A stretch of 64,000 nt of DNA from Hydrolagus colliei. Taxonomy: Eukaryota. A program made the position numbers and the translations under genes. Location of the stretch: positions 42,470,001-42,534,000 of the forward strand of contig CM068744.1 in NCBI GenBank assembly GCA_035084275.1, read 5' to 3'. The number at the start of each line of letters is the position of its first letter. The first letter of the stretch is position 1. This document shows positions 22,446-34,782 of this stretch, one piece after another. The notes beneath the pieces were generated by a model. It saw only the letters and a list, made by a program, of their open reading frames with translations, was not told where the DNA came from and did not search any database.

Positions 22446-24433
22446 TATTCTACTTGGGCTTATCTAGAATCTCTGCAGACCACTATATTCTTTAATTATT
22501 GCTCACTTTGTTGATCTTTTACTTTGCTCTTATTCAGTACATATGGAATATGGGTAGGATCTGGCTTATACTCCGGGTCCAAGGCAAAGTCGGATGTGCC
22601 ATGGTCCGGTACTTTCAATTTGTCCGAAACTTATGGAACATGGTAGGTATCTGGCCGTACTCTTGAGTCCAGAACAAAGTCAGACCCACCATGGGCCTCT
22701 ATTTTAATGCATAAATTACAAAAACACAAAGACAACCTTCACGTTGTTTGTTTGATTGCTTTTGCTGATTTTAATTACTAATAGTTTATGCTAAACTGTA
22801 TCCTGACATTTTTTTAATTTAAAAAGGGTAACACCTTGAGCTCAAATGTTCTCATAGACCATACAGTCACAACTTCCCGTGGGAAAAAGCTTTTAATTAG
22901 GAGTATTGTGATTATTCAGATTGCAGTTTTCAAAGAATAGTTGGGGAGGCTCCTGAGTAGTATAATAATACGTTGAGTGGCCTCAAATTCATGCTATGAC
23001 TGAATGAATATTCATTCAAAGGGTCACAATGTGCCGCCTAGAAACCTTGGAAATATAAATTTAGAGATCAAATTTTTTTTAATTGTTTTTTCTGAACATT
23101 CGTCATCAAATTTCTTTTCAACCAGAATGTTAGCCAGAATATACTTTGTAACCAAAATATTTTTTAAGACATCAGCAGGTGGTGTTATTGGAACAATATC
23201 AGATCTGAATTGTTCTCGCTCACTTAAGAAGAAATTTGTGATGACATTTTGTTTACTCAGTTTTAGAGACAACAAACAAAACGTACATTTATATACCGCC
23301 TTTCAAGTCGAGAGGACGTCCCAAGGCGCTGTACAGTCAGGTAGGACAAGAGCAGGGTGGGAAGGATCAGGGCAGGATGAAGAATAGTGGGAAAAGTAAC
23401 TGTATATTAGTGGGCGAAACGTGGCAGCCAAATTGCGCACAGCAGTGTCCCACAATCAATCATGGAAGTGGGACTAGGGGCAAAAGGGGGTAAAGAAGCA
23501 AAAGGGGAGGGGTCGAGGCAGGGGGAAGAAAAGCAGGAAAGTCGACTGTATACTTGTGGGCGAAACGCGGCAGCTCAGTTTACGTGTTTTTACACTAATT
23601 TTAACTAAAAACTGACTCCTAGCCAGGTGGTATGTAAAACAAATGTAAATGTGCCTGACTGCTGTTTGTATTCTACTAATTTTCAAAAATAAGTCGCTAA
23701 TTTCCCTATTTAAAATTATTTTATCAATGTACCTTTAAATTTCGATTGTCTGGTCTTCTTAGACTTTCAATCATCTGTTGTAGCATAACATGGTTAAACA
23801 TATAAAACAATTGTATTAAATACAGTAAATATAAAAGAGCATTGAAATCAATTTTGTCAAGTAGGTCAGTTTCATAACATGTCAAAACAACAAAGTACAG
23901 CTGGCATTGCTCCTCCATCACAACTCCTCACTCATCAATCTTAGTGAGACTATACACGTCTGTGGTCAAGTTTTCCTTCATAAACCATATTCACTTCTTC
24001 CCTGGAAATGGTTTCTACCCTTAGCCGATCAACTGTCGTAATTAGGGAACGGCGATTAATCGGTTTTTCGATTAAACCCGATATGATTTTCAGATCGGTA
24101 TGCCGATATGGTGATTCTAAAAAAACCGTTATATCGAGAGATTCGATTTTAAAAATATACATCGATATATTTTTAATATCGTTCCTGGCAATATATCAAT
24201 ATTGTTGGTATTATCAGTGTAATGCGATCTTTTCCAGCTTACCTTGTCGCCGGCATTGCAACCTCCTAGATCTAGAGCATGGAATACGCGTACATTCGGT
24301 GCGCACGCACAATTAACGGGCGTGCACATCCGATGCGCACGCACACTTTACTGTGTATACTCGACGTGAGTCATGGCGTCTTAACAAAGTCGCATCGCTG
24401 AAAATTGTAGTTTGAAAATTTACCTTTCTCATC

Positions 24434-24790
24434 ATGGGGAAAAGAAGCCCTGTATGGGACTTTGAAAACAATGCAGTCAGTAATGGTGTGTATAGATGTA
24501 CAGTTTGCAAGGTCTTGGTTAAGACATCTGATTCGATCATGAGCAACCTGCGACATCACATTAAGCAGCACCACCCCGCACAGCACGCTGCCCTCAGAGC
24601 GAAATCATTGTCGACAACAGCAGGAAGTGGAACCAGTGCTTCGGAGAAAGCGACAGGTAGTGCGGCCAGTGCAGATCAAACAATTCCTGCTTTATTTAAG
24701 AGGAGAACATTGTACCAGAGAGGGGACAAAAAGTGGCAAAGTATCACGAACGCTGTCACTTTTTGCATAGCAAAGGAGAGCTTGCCAATG
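24434..24790 (+). pseudogene. hAT transposase N-terminus (BED zinc finger), truncated
   Basis: SPVWDF...YRCTVCKVLV...SNLRHHIKQHHP...QSITNAVTFCIAKESLP, then homology is lost. Confidence 0.8.
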
Positions 24791-25159
24791 GCGAAGGACA
24801 TTAATTCAGACTTCAGACTACATAAAAATAAGTGGCATTTTGTGGCTGTAAGTGTTATTTTTGTGTGTGAGAGAGTTAGAAGCCAGATTATCACTGCTTC
24901 TATGTGTGTGTCTAGTCAGACACACACAGCAGTGATAATCTGGCTTCTAACTCTTAACAGTCAGACTGTCTGTCTCTCTCTTTTCTATTGTAATAACAAC
25001 AACAACAACAATTTACATTTATATAGCGCCTTTCACGTCGGGAGGACGTCCCAAGGCGCTAAATAGATCTCATTTACACGTGGACATTACATGCTAGTTT
25101 CAAGCAAGAAATGGAGGAGAATAAATCTCTAGATTTTGTTTTTGGTGTGTGTGTGTTCT

Positions 25160-25750
25160 ATTTTGTGTTTAGAGATGGAGGGAGAGAAGGAGAGGGGGAA
25201 AGTTGGGAGAGAAGGAGAGAGGAGAGGGAGGGAGAGAATGAGAGGGGGAAAGGAGGGAGAGAAGGAGCGAGGGGAAAGGAGGGAGAGAAGGAGAGAGGGG
25301 AGGGAGGGAGAGGGGGAAAGGAGGGAGAGAAGGAGAGAGGAAGAGAGAGGGAGGGAGGGAGAGAAGGAGAGGGGGAAAGGAGGGAGAGAAGGAGCGAGGG
25401 GAAAGGAGGGAGAGAAGGAGAGAGGGGAGGGAGGGAGAGGGGAAAAGTTGGGAGAGAAGGAGAGAGGAAGAGAGGAGAGGGAGGGAGAGGAGGAGAGGGG
25501 GAAAGGAGGGAGAGAAGGAGCGAGGGGAAAGGAGGGAGAGAAGGGGAGGGAGGGAGGGAGGGAGAGAAGGAGAGAGGGGAGGGAGAGAAGGAGAGAGGGG
25601 AGGGAGGGAGGGAAGGAGAAAGGGGAGGGAGAGAAGGAGAGGGGGAAAGGAGGGAGAGGAGACAGGGAGGAGAGAGGGAGAGGGGAGGGAGAGAAGGAGA
25701 GGGGAAAGGAGGGAGAGAGGAGAGGAGGGAGAGAAGGAGTGGGGGAGGTA
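25160..25750. repeat. Polypurine minisatellite (ggagggagagaaggagagggg-like) inside the hAT element
   Basis: About 590 bp almost exclusively G/A. Confidence 0.9.
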
Positions 25751-26064
25751 GGGAGCAAACAACATCGTATAATTCAACAGACCTTGACACCAACATTACA
25801 AACTTTCTGGACCTAGTGCACGCATTTCGAAATGTGCGTGCACCGCGACTGCGCGCGCATCGTCAGTGCGGACGCACCGTCAATGCGCGCGCACCGCGAC
25901 TGAGCGCGCACCATAAATGCGCGCGCGCCATCAATGCACGCGCACTTCGAATGCACGCGCATGCGCAGTATAAAAACCTCGATAGATCGGTTTAAGCAGG
26001 TATGAGCAAACCGATATATCCATATCCGGAAAAATCCCATATCGCCGTTCCCTAGTCGTAATAT

Positions 26065-27210
26065 ACATGGACGACACACAAATCTACTCTCCTCTTCTGA
26101 ACTGCAGCTGTGACCTCCCTGGCCTATCCCCCAGATGCCATGAACCAGTGGGCAATCTAGTCATTAGGTTGAACCCACAAATGTCTTCCTTACCCCCACA
26201 TCCTGTCCCTGACCAGGTTTGCTGGTCAGGGACAGTTGTACCTTTCTGCCTCATCCCTCAACCCCCAGACGATCGATGTTCTAACAGCATGTCTGTCCGA
26301 CATCGAATCGTGGACGAGGGACAACTTTTTGCAATTGAACGTGAGTAAGACCGAGGCCCTCCTGATTGGCTCAAGCCAGCGCCTCCGCACATCGGGCGCT
26401 GCCAGCCTCAACATCCAAGGCTGTACTCTCCACCTCACAAAGCCAATCAGGAACCTCGGCATCATGTTCGATCAAAAACTTTCCTTCCTCCCCCACATCC
26501 GCGCCTTGACTGGCACCGCCTATTTCCATCTGCGCAACATTGCCAGGCTCCGCAACTATCTTACCCCCCGCGCTGCCGAAACACTCGTGCACGCGTACAT
26601 CACCTCACGGCTGGATTACGGAAATTCTCTCCTAATCGGCCTCCCCAGTTCCTCCATTCATAGGCTGCAGGCCATCCAAAACTCTACAGCCCGTGTACTA
26701 TCCCGCACCCGCCTCCGTGACCACATAACCCCCACCCTCGCCCGTCTCCACTGGCTCCCCATCCTCCAGAGGATCGAATTTAAGATCCTCGTCCTCACCT
26801 ACAAGGCCTTGCACGGCCTTGCCCCATCCTACCTAGCCGATCTACTCTCCTCCTACACGCCCACCCGGACCCTCCGTTCAACAGGACTTGGCCTGCTCCA
26901 ATCCCCCGCCCGAACCGCACCACCATCGGAGGCCGGGCCTTCAGTTTCTCTGCTCCCACCTTATGGAATGCCATCCCTCAATCCCTCCGTTTCGCCTCTT
27001 CCCTTTCCTCTTTCAAGGCCGATTTGAAGACTTTCCTCTTCGATCGTGCCTTTTGTTCCACCCCGAACTCTTTTACCTCCCCTTCGTGTTTCACCCCTTC
27101 CCAAACACTCCCCTCCCAGCTCGGGTCACACGCCTCTTGTTTAGCGCCTTGGGACGTCCTCCCGACGTGAAAGGCGCTATATAAATGTAAATTGTTGTTG
27201 TTGTTGTTGC
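26065..27210 (+). mobile_element. L2 LINE 3' fragment
   Basis: ORF 26236-27027 (NFLQLNVSKTEALLIG...HLRNIARLRNYL...QNSTARVL); gcgctatataaatgtaaa(ttg)n tail. Confidence 0.95.
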
Positions 27211-27760
27211 TTTCCTCCACCTCCACTACACTGTCCTACTCTGACTAAATCTTATTCCTAAAACAGCTGATCCATGCATTTGTCACCTCCTGTTGATCCA
27301 AACACCCTCCTCACTGAACTTCCCAGTTCATATATCAACAAAATCCAGTTAGTTCAATACTCTGCTGCCCGCAATCTCACCTGTGCTAAACCCCATATCA
27401 CCATTATAGTTCCATTGGCTCTGAATCACCGAAAAAATCAACTTCATGATCCTTATCTTTAAATCCCTTCATGCCTGGCAACTCTATATTTCTCTAACCA
27501 ACTACCCTCTGCCTTTACTTGACAGGCTCCGGCCTCCTGCATGTCCCTCATGACCTTTCTTCCACTGTTGTTGGCCACATTTTCAGCCACTATGCTCCAA
27601 AACTCAATTTCTCTGCCTTCCCCCGTTCTCAATCATCTTCAGGATGTGACTGAAGACCTTCCACATTAACAGTGCCTACGGTTATTTCATCCCATCTTAG
27701 TGACATGCTCAGCCACTGTCTAGTTACTTTGAGTGAAATATCACTGCAAGTTGTTGTTGG

Positions 27761-28058
27761 TGTCCTGTAGCTTAGTGGTTATAGCATTCACCTCACAAAT
27801 TAGTGCACTGGGTTCATTTCCCAGTGAGGCAACATTCCTCACTACATGTCTAATAATCATCCCTCAAAAACAATTATAATAAATGGGTCACTTAAATCCA
27901 AGACTGTTGTGGGACGCTGCTGTGTGCAATTGCCTGCTGCATTTCACCCATAAATATGCAGTCAATTCACCTTCAAGTTCATTCTGTTATGCCCTTTGAG
28001 ACATCAAAAAAGGATGCAATGTGCTATATCAAATACAAGGATTATTATTCTTGTTGTT
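27761..28058 (+). mobile_element. tRNA-derived SINE just upstream of the leader exon
   Basis: gtcctgtagcttagtggttatagca head, family core, aggattattatt tail. Confidence 0.75.
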
Positions 28059-28233
28059 GCAAAAAGATGTTGATTGGCTGTGGTCTGTGTTACTGTGACA
28101 TGTCAGCCCATTGTCTCTCGGTGTTCCATCCTCTTTAGGTGAGGAGGAACATACGCAACAGGGAAAAGGAATTTGACTGAGCTCCATCATAGTATCTCCA
28201 CATTGCTCAACATCTAACCTGAGCATCTCTGAA

Positions 28234-28288
28234 ATGAGCATGAGTCTCTTTGCTGTGAGCCTGCTCCTCCTCCTCACTGTGATTGCAG
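28234..28288 (+). CDS. Leader (signal peptide) exon of the multi-V receptor: MSMSLFAVSLLLLLTVIA
   Basis: ATG, hydrophobic core, small residue at -1, phase-1 donor G|gtgagt; linkage to V1 12.6 kb downstream is inferred. Confidence 0.75.
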
Positions 28289-28689
28289 GTGAGTGAGTGA
28301 GTGAATGGGTGGGTGGGGGAGGGAGGGAGGGAGGGAGGGAGGGAGGATAGTCTGTGTTGCCTTGTATCACTGTATAAGACAAGCTGTAAGATTTCAGGAT
28401 ATCACTGAGTGCTGGTGACAATGCTCATACCCCAATTCACTGCCCTTCGTTCAGTTGGCTCCAGCCTTCAGGACATCCCTCGCCCCAACCATCGGTGGCC
28501 ATCCTTTCAGCCATGACACCGTAAGTCTCTGGAACTCTTCGCCTCATTCCTTCCATTACACCTCTCACTCCTTGTCCTCAGATCAAACATGAAGCCCTTC
28601 CTGTTTGACCCTGCCTACATCACCACTGCCCTCTCCCCGTGTACACCCTCTACACTCTAATGTACAGACAGGTCAGTGGAGTGTACTTT

Positions 28690-29500
28690 TCTGCTCACTC
28701 ACAACAATACAAAATTACATTTATGGTACTCTATAGAAGTTGGAAGACATCCCAAAGCGCTGAACAGTTAGTTCGGGAGCCAAGCAAGGGACGAAGGGTC
28801 GGGGTAGAGGGGAGGAGACTAGGAGAGGGTGGAGAGTTTGGAAGGGAGGAGAAGGCACAGTCGAAGAGGAAGGTCCTGATACTGGACTTGAAGGAGGAAA
28901 GGGAGGAAGCGAGGTGAAGGGATTGTGGGATGGAGTTCCAGAGTGTGAGGGCAGAGAGGCTGAAATCCCGGCCACTGGTGGTTGGGCAGTTCGGGCGGAG
29001 GACATGGAGGAGGCCAGAGCCCGCTAAACGGAGGGAACGGGCAGGCTGATAAGGAGACAGCAGGTCGGAGATAGGTGGGGGCAAGGCCGTGAATGGCCTT
29101 GAAAGAGGACGAGGATCTTGAATTCAATCCTCTGGGGGATGGGGAGGCAGTGAAGACAGGCGAGGGTGGGAGTGATATGGTCATGGAGAGTACATGAGCT
29201 GCAGAGTTCTAAATAATCTGCAGCTTGTGAAGGGAGGAGCTGGGAAGGCCAACGAGGAGAGAGTTCCCATAGCCGAGCCTAGATGTGATGAATGCATGGA
29301 TGAGTGTTTCAGCAGCATGGGGGTGAGATAGTGGCGGAGTCTGGCAATGTTGGGGAGATGGTGGAAGGCAGTACCGGCCATGGCACCGATTTGGGGGAGG
29401 AAGGACACTTCGGGGTCGAATAAGGCGCCCGGATTCCTGACTGGCTTCAAGAGGTGGAGAGTGCAGCCTTGAATGCTGATGTTGCCAGCACCTGAGGTGC
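28690..29500 (-). mobile_element. L2 LINE 3' fragment
   Basis: GTAFHHLPNIARLRHYLTP; LWNSIPQSLHL; frameshifted. Confidence 0.85.
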
Positions 29501-29754
29501 AGAGGTGCTCAGGCGAGCCACAAGGAAGGGATTGACCACCATGTTTGGGACCACTCTGCATAAGATTCAGTCTTCACAAGAATTAGACTGTGGTGCTCAG
29601 AGTCAGTGTGTTGGGGAAGTCTGGCCACTGATGTTGATATGGTGTAATAGGAAGCAGTGTGTGTAACACCGCACAGATTGCCGCATCTGGTCTGTGCTGA
29701 GAAGCTGGAACCTGGACAAGATGAGAGCCAGCCCTGAGCAGTTGACACACTGTG

Positions 29755-30412
29755 TGTGTTTCACATCGGGAGGACGTCCCAAAGCACTGGACAGTCAGGT
29801 CGGGACCCGAGCAGTGGGGGGTGAAGGGTCAGGGTAGGGGGAAGGAGAGGTAGAAGAGTTAGGAGGGGAACAGAAGGCACGGTCGAAGATGAAGGTCTTG
29901 AGACCAGCCTTGAAGGAGGAAAGAGAGGAAGTGAGGCGAAGGGATTGAGGGATGGAGTTCCACAGTGCGGGAGCAGAGAGGCTGAAAGCCCGGCCACCAA
30001 TGGTGGGGCAGTTAAGGCGGTGGACGTGGAGCAGGCCAGAGCCTGCTGAGCGGAGGGGAATGAGCGGGCTGATAGGGAGACAGTAGGTCAGAGAGATAGG
30101 CGGGGGTGAAGCCATGAATGGCCTTGAAGGTGAGGATGAGGATCTTGAATTCGATGGAGGATGGGGAGCCAGTGGAGATGGGCAAGGGTGGGAGTGATGT
30201 GGTTGCGGAGCATGGCGCGGAAAGTACACAATCTGCAGGGTTATGAATGATCTGTAGCCTGTGAAGGGAGGAGCTAGGAAAGCCGACGAGGAGAGAGTTC
30301 CCATAGTCGAGCCTTGAACTGACATGGATGTGAGTTTCGGCGGCATTGGGGGTGAGGTAGTGACGGAGTCCTCCCAACGTGAAAGGCGCTATATAAATGC
30401 AATGTTGTTGTT
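29755..30412 (-). mobile_element. L2 LINE 3' fragment plus a short inverted L2 tail
   Basis: GGRAFSLSAPALWNSIPQSLRL...KAGLKTFIFDRAF. Confidence 0.85.
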
Positions 30413-30498
30413 GTTTTAACAGCCAGTTGATTGGAGTGAGTTTTGCAATGTTATACTGTATAAGTAAATCTTTAAAGGTAGCAGGACATGTAATAATA

Positions 30499-30718
30499 AC
30501 AATAATAATCCTTGCATTTGATATAGCGCTTTTCACATCTTATCAATGTCCCAATGCGCCTCATAGAATATATTGTAAAGTGAATTGACTGTATATTTAT
30601 GGGCGAATCGCAGCAGCCAATTGCGCACAGCAGTGTCCCACAAACAGTCGTGGATTGAAATGACCAATTTTATTATTGTGTTTTTTTTGGACGGATTATT
30701 ATTAGGCGTGAGGAATAA
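30499..30718 (-). mobile_element. tRNA-derived SINE, 3' two-thirds
   Basis: Family core and tail. Confidence 0.8.
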
Positions 30719-31149
30719 GGTAGAAGATAGATAGCTGTTAAAAAAGCAAACGAGGTACTAGGCTTTATAAATCGGGGCATAGAATACAACAGTCAGAATG
30801 TTATGATACACCTTTCTAAAACATGCGGTTCTAGATCTTGTTTTGTGTAACGAAACAGGGCTAATCGGCAATACAGTACAGTATAGATATTAAGGCTCCT
30901 CGAGGGCACAGTGACCATCACATGATGAAATTTAGCATTAAGTTAGAGAGCGATGTGGTTAAGTCCAAAGCAAGGGTCTTAAATTTAAATCAAGCTAACT
31001 TTGTATGTATGAGGGAAGATTTAGCTAAAATAGATGGATTAAAGAATTTGACAGTAGACCAACAAGGCAAACGTTTAAAAATATAGTACATAATTCCCAG
31101 GGTCACATATTCCCTTGAGGAATAAAAGTATCAAGGGGAAGCAGTTCAC

Positions 31150-32565
31150 CATGGCTAACTAGAACATTTCGGGAAAGTATAAAATTAAAAGAAAAGGCCT
31201 CTCCAAGGCCCTGGAATGAGTCGTTGCTTCCCAGCTTTGCTACTTTCTCTCTTGCCACTCCCTCCTCAAACCCCTTCAATCTGGCTTCCATGCTGCCCAT
31301 AGCACAGAGGCAGCCCTGGTCAAAGTTTCTAACTACATTCTAAACATCTGCGACCAGGGCTCTCTTTGCCGCCTTGTCCTCCATGACTTCTCTGCTGCCT
31401 TCGCACTGTCGATCATTCCATCCTCCTACACCGCCTCTCATCCCTCCTCAATCTCCACGGACCTGCCCTCGCTTGATTCATCTCCTACCTCTCCCATTAT
31501 CTATATTTTGTAATAACCAGCGGCTTCTCTTCCAGCCCCCAAAAGGTCACCTGTGGCGTACCCCAGGGCTCTGTCATTAGCCCTTTAGCAACTTTTGGGG
31601 CTTTTCAACATGCTCCCACTTAGTGACATCATCCGCAGGCATGGGGTTAACTTCCACATGTATGCGGATGACACCCAACTTTATCTCTTCCTCTACCCTC
31701 GATTCCAGGACTATCACTGCCCTGACAGACTGTCTGTCAGACATCAAGTCTTGGATGAGAGCTGACTTTCTACAGTTGAATGTCAACAAGACATAGGCCC
31801 TAATGATTGGCTCATGCCAGTATGCATCAGGCTCTGGTAGCATCAACCTCCATGGTTGCTCACTTGACCTCACCAAGCCAATCAAAGACCTAGATGTCTT
31901 GTTCAACCTTCAACTGTCTTTCCTCCGCCACATCCAAGCAGTGACTTGCTCTGCCTTTCCTCACCTTTGCAATATTGCCACTACCTAACCACCAAAACCA
32001 CTGAAACCCTCATTCATGGGTTCAGTACATCCTGGCCCAATTATGCGAATGCCCGGATTCCTCCCTCCACGGGTTGCAGATGATACAGAACTCTACTGTT
32101 CCAAGCATTTTGACCCCATCTCCCCCATCCTCACTCAAATCCATTGGCTCCCTCTCATCCAGAGGATCCATTTCAAGATCTTGGTCCTCACATTTAAAGT
32201 CCTCCACAACCTTGCCGCACCCTACTTCATGACCAACCTTACCAACCTGCTCACCCCCTTTGCTCAGCTGGCTCTGGCCTGCTCCTTGTCCGCTGATCCA
32301 TCTGCCCCTCCATTGGTGGGTGAGCCGTTAGCCACCAACCTCTGGAACTGCATCCTGCAGTCCATCTGCCTCACTCCCTCTCTGGCTTCCTTCAATCCCA
32401 CCTCAAGACATTCCTCTTCGATGCTCCCATAGGCAACTCCTAAATCCCCCATTCCTTCCTGCACCCAGTCCCCAGCTCGTGTCTGACACAGTGACCGTCT
32501 GACCCAAGTGACCTTGGGACCTCCTTATTTGAAAGGCGCTATATGCAATTTTGTCATTGTTATAA
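31150..32565 (+). mobile_element. Older L2 LINE RT fragment
   Basis: [10 protein letters not shown]-like at about 31660; IHWLPLIQRIHFKILVLTFK; tail gaaaggcgctatatgcaa. Confidence 0.85.
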
Positions 32566-32634
32566 TACTGCCAAAAAGAGCAGTAAACCTGAAGATTGGT
32601 AGCGCTTCAGGGACCAACAAAGAAAAACTAAGAA

Positions 32635-32752
32635 CAAAACACAACAAACTGCAGATGCTGGAGAACTGGGAAAACTCAGCAGGTCAGGCAGCATCTATGG
32701 AGAAAAGAAAGTGAGTCAATGTTTCAGGTCCACGACCCTTCGTCAGAACTCA
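32635..32752 (-). mobile_element. Penelope-type terminal-repeat unit between 12-bp direct repeats
   Basis: aaaaactaagaa at 32623-32634 and 32753-32764; the insert interrupts a CR1 ORF2 reading (KEKLRKLIKRE...). Confidence 0.7.
32712..32752 (-). ncRNA. Minimal type I hammerhead ribozyme motif (one core-adjacent substitution)
   Basis: ugaguu-CUGACGA-a-ggguc-gug-gaccu-GAAA-cauu-gacuca: 6-bp stem I, 5-bp stem II, conserved core. Confidence 0.6.
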
Positions 32753-33460
32753 AAAAACTAAGAAACTGATTAAGAGGGAGTAAATGGATTATGAGGGCAA
32801 ACTAGGTAGGAACGTAAGTCAGATTCCAAGAGCTTTTACAAATACATTAAGGGGAATAGCAAAGTAAATGTGGGGCCATTACAAGCAGAGACAGGAGGAA
32901 TTATAAGGGGGCTAAAGATATGGTAGTCATTAAATAAATACTTTGCTTCTGTCTTCACATTAGAAGACACAGAAACCTTACCAAAAATAGAGGTGAACCA
33001 AGAAGCTAAAGATAGGGAGCAATTTAGTGAAATTAACATCAGCAAAAAATTGCTATTCGGGAATAAGTTGACATTGAAAAATGAAATATCCCCTGGACCT
33101 GATGGTCTGCATCCTAGGATTTTGAAAGTGGCGGCTGATGAGACAGTGGATGCCTTGTGTTTAATCTTCCAAAATTCTCTGGATTCTGGAATGGTTTCCA
33201 TTGATTTGAAGATCACAAACGTCACACCACTATTTAAGAAGGGTGGGAGTGAGAAGATGGGGAACTATAGACCAGTTAGTCTGAAATCGGTGGAAGGGAA
33301 AATTCTAGAATCCTTAATTAAAGACGTTGTACTGGGGTATTTAGAAGACCACAACATGATTAGGCAGAGTCAACATGGTTTTACAAAAGGGAAGTCATGC
33401 TTAACAAAACTTTTAGAGTTTTTTGAAGACATAAGTGGCAGGTTGGATAGGGGGTATCCA
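32753..33460 (+). mobile_element. CR1 LINE ORF2 fragment
   Basis: SPGPDGLHPRILK...ITNVTPLFKKG...GNYRPVSL...QSQHGFTKGKSCLTKLLEFFE. Confidence 0.9.
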
Positions 33461-34139
33461 GTAGCTTGTGTTAAAATAACGTTGTTTATTCTTGAAAATG
33501 CCTTCACAATTATCATTGTAAAACCTGCCCCCACACTCTGCCTGCTTCAAATACTTTTATTTACTAGATGAAAGTTTCATGGATCACAAGTTTCAGCTGG
33601 TGGTCACCCCACAGTCACAGAGAGTTCAGGAGTGATTGGGTGACCACCTGGCAGACAGGAAGCAGAGACTGGCAGGTAGTTCTCAATCCTTGTTGTATTT
33701 GCTAATTTTAGTATCGCTTATATATGAAGAGTGGACTCTGCTCTTTCCTACCTCCTCAATGTGAGTCCCTGCACAAAAGACCATATCAGAATTAGTACCT
33801 GGAGAAACAAGTTGGCTTGCAGCCATTATCTCCCCAACATCTGACTTTTAATAATAATAATTCTTGCATTTGATATAGCACTCTTCATGTCTTCTAGATG
33901 TCCCAAAGCCCATAATGTCCCAGACCTGTAAATATGTTTTCCAAGTAATCAAGTCACATACTAGCTATGCCTTTTTGATATAACCATTCCCCTGCTGGAC
34001 GTGTTTCTCGGTGGGTTCCTCCCAAATGAACATAGAAAGTTGTGTGTTAGTAATTTGTCCCAGTCATTTCCTGCATTTACCATTGTCTTATGCCAGCAAG
34101 TCAGCGAGTGGCAGGACAGTGGTGAGCCAGTGAGCTGCA

Positions 34140-34770
34140 TGGACAACAACAACTTGCATTTATATAGTGCCCTACACACAGCGAGGCAATTCAGATTACT
34201 TCATCATGGCAGAGCCCGAGGCCGAGCTAAGCAGTGGGGAAAGGTGAACGTAAGTGCAGTTGAAGAGAACTGATGATTGGAAAGGAGGTGATGAAGAAAA
34301 GGCGTTGAGGGTAGGATTTCCAAATTTTCGGGGCATAGTCGCTGAAAGCTCTGCTGCTGATGTTGGAACGAAGGATTTGGGGTCAAGGAAGTGGCTGGAC
34401 CTTATAGAGAGCTAGGAGGTGCTGAGGTAGGGAGGGATTTAAACACAACTGTGAGGATCTTGAAGTCAATCCATTCTGTGACAGGGGGCCAGTATAGTTT
34501 GGCAAGGAGGGATAAACTGGACTAATCTGGGTAGGAAGTTTAGTACAGTTGAGAATGCAGGTGGCGGAGTTGCAGATGAGCTGAATTTTGTGGATAGTGG
34601 AGGATGGGAGACCAGAAGGGAGAGCATTGGACTAGTTCAGATGAGAGGTGACAAAAGCATGGATCTGGGTTTTGACCGCTATTGATGTCAGGTATTGAGG
34701 GAGAAGAGGAATGTGGTGGAAATGGAAGAAAGTGGTGCTGGTAAGGGATGAGTCGTGACTAGGGAACTAA
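34140..34770 (-). mobile_element. Old L2 fragment
   Basis: Degenerate RT C-terminal homology and cttgcatttatatag tail. Confidence 0.6.
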
Positions 34771-34782
34771 GAAACCCAAGTA

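Larger units (their letters stand above)
24043..26054 (+). mobile_element. Non-autonomous hAT element with BED-finger remnant
   Basis: 14-bp TIR tagggaacggcgat at both ends; perfect 8-bp TSD gtcgtaat (24035-24042, 26055-26062). Confidence 0.92.

Noticed and set aside
33568-33625. Relic V-exon start (QLVVTPQSQRVQE*)
   Set aside because: Resembles the V2 A strand only briefly; stop codon follows and there is no Cys or Trp
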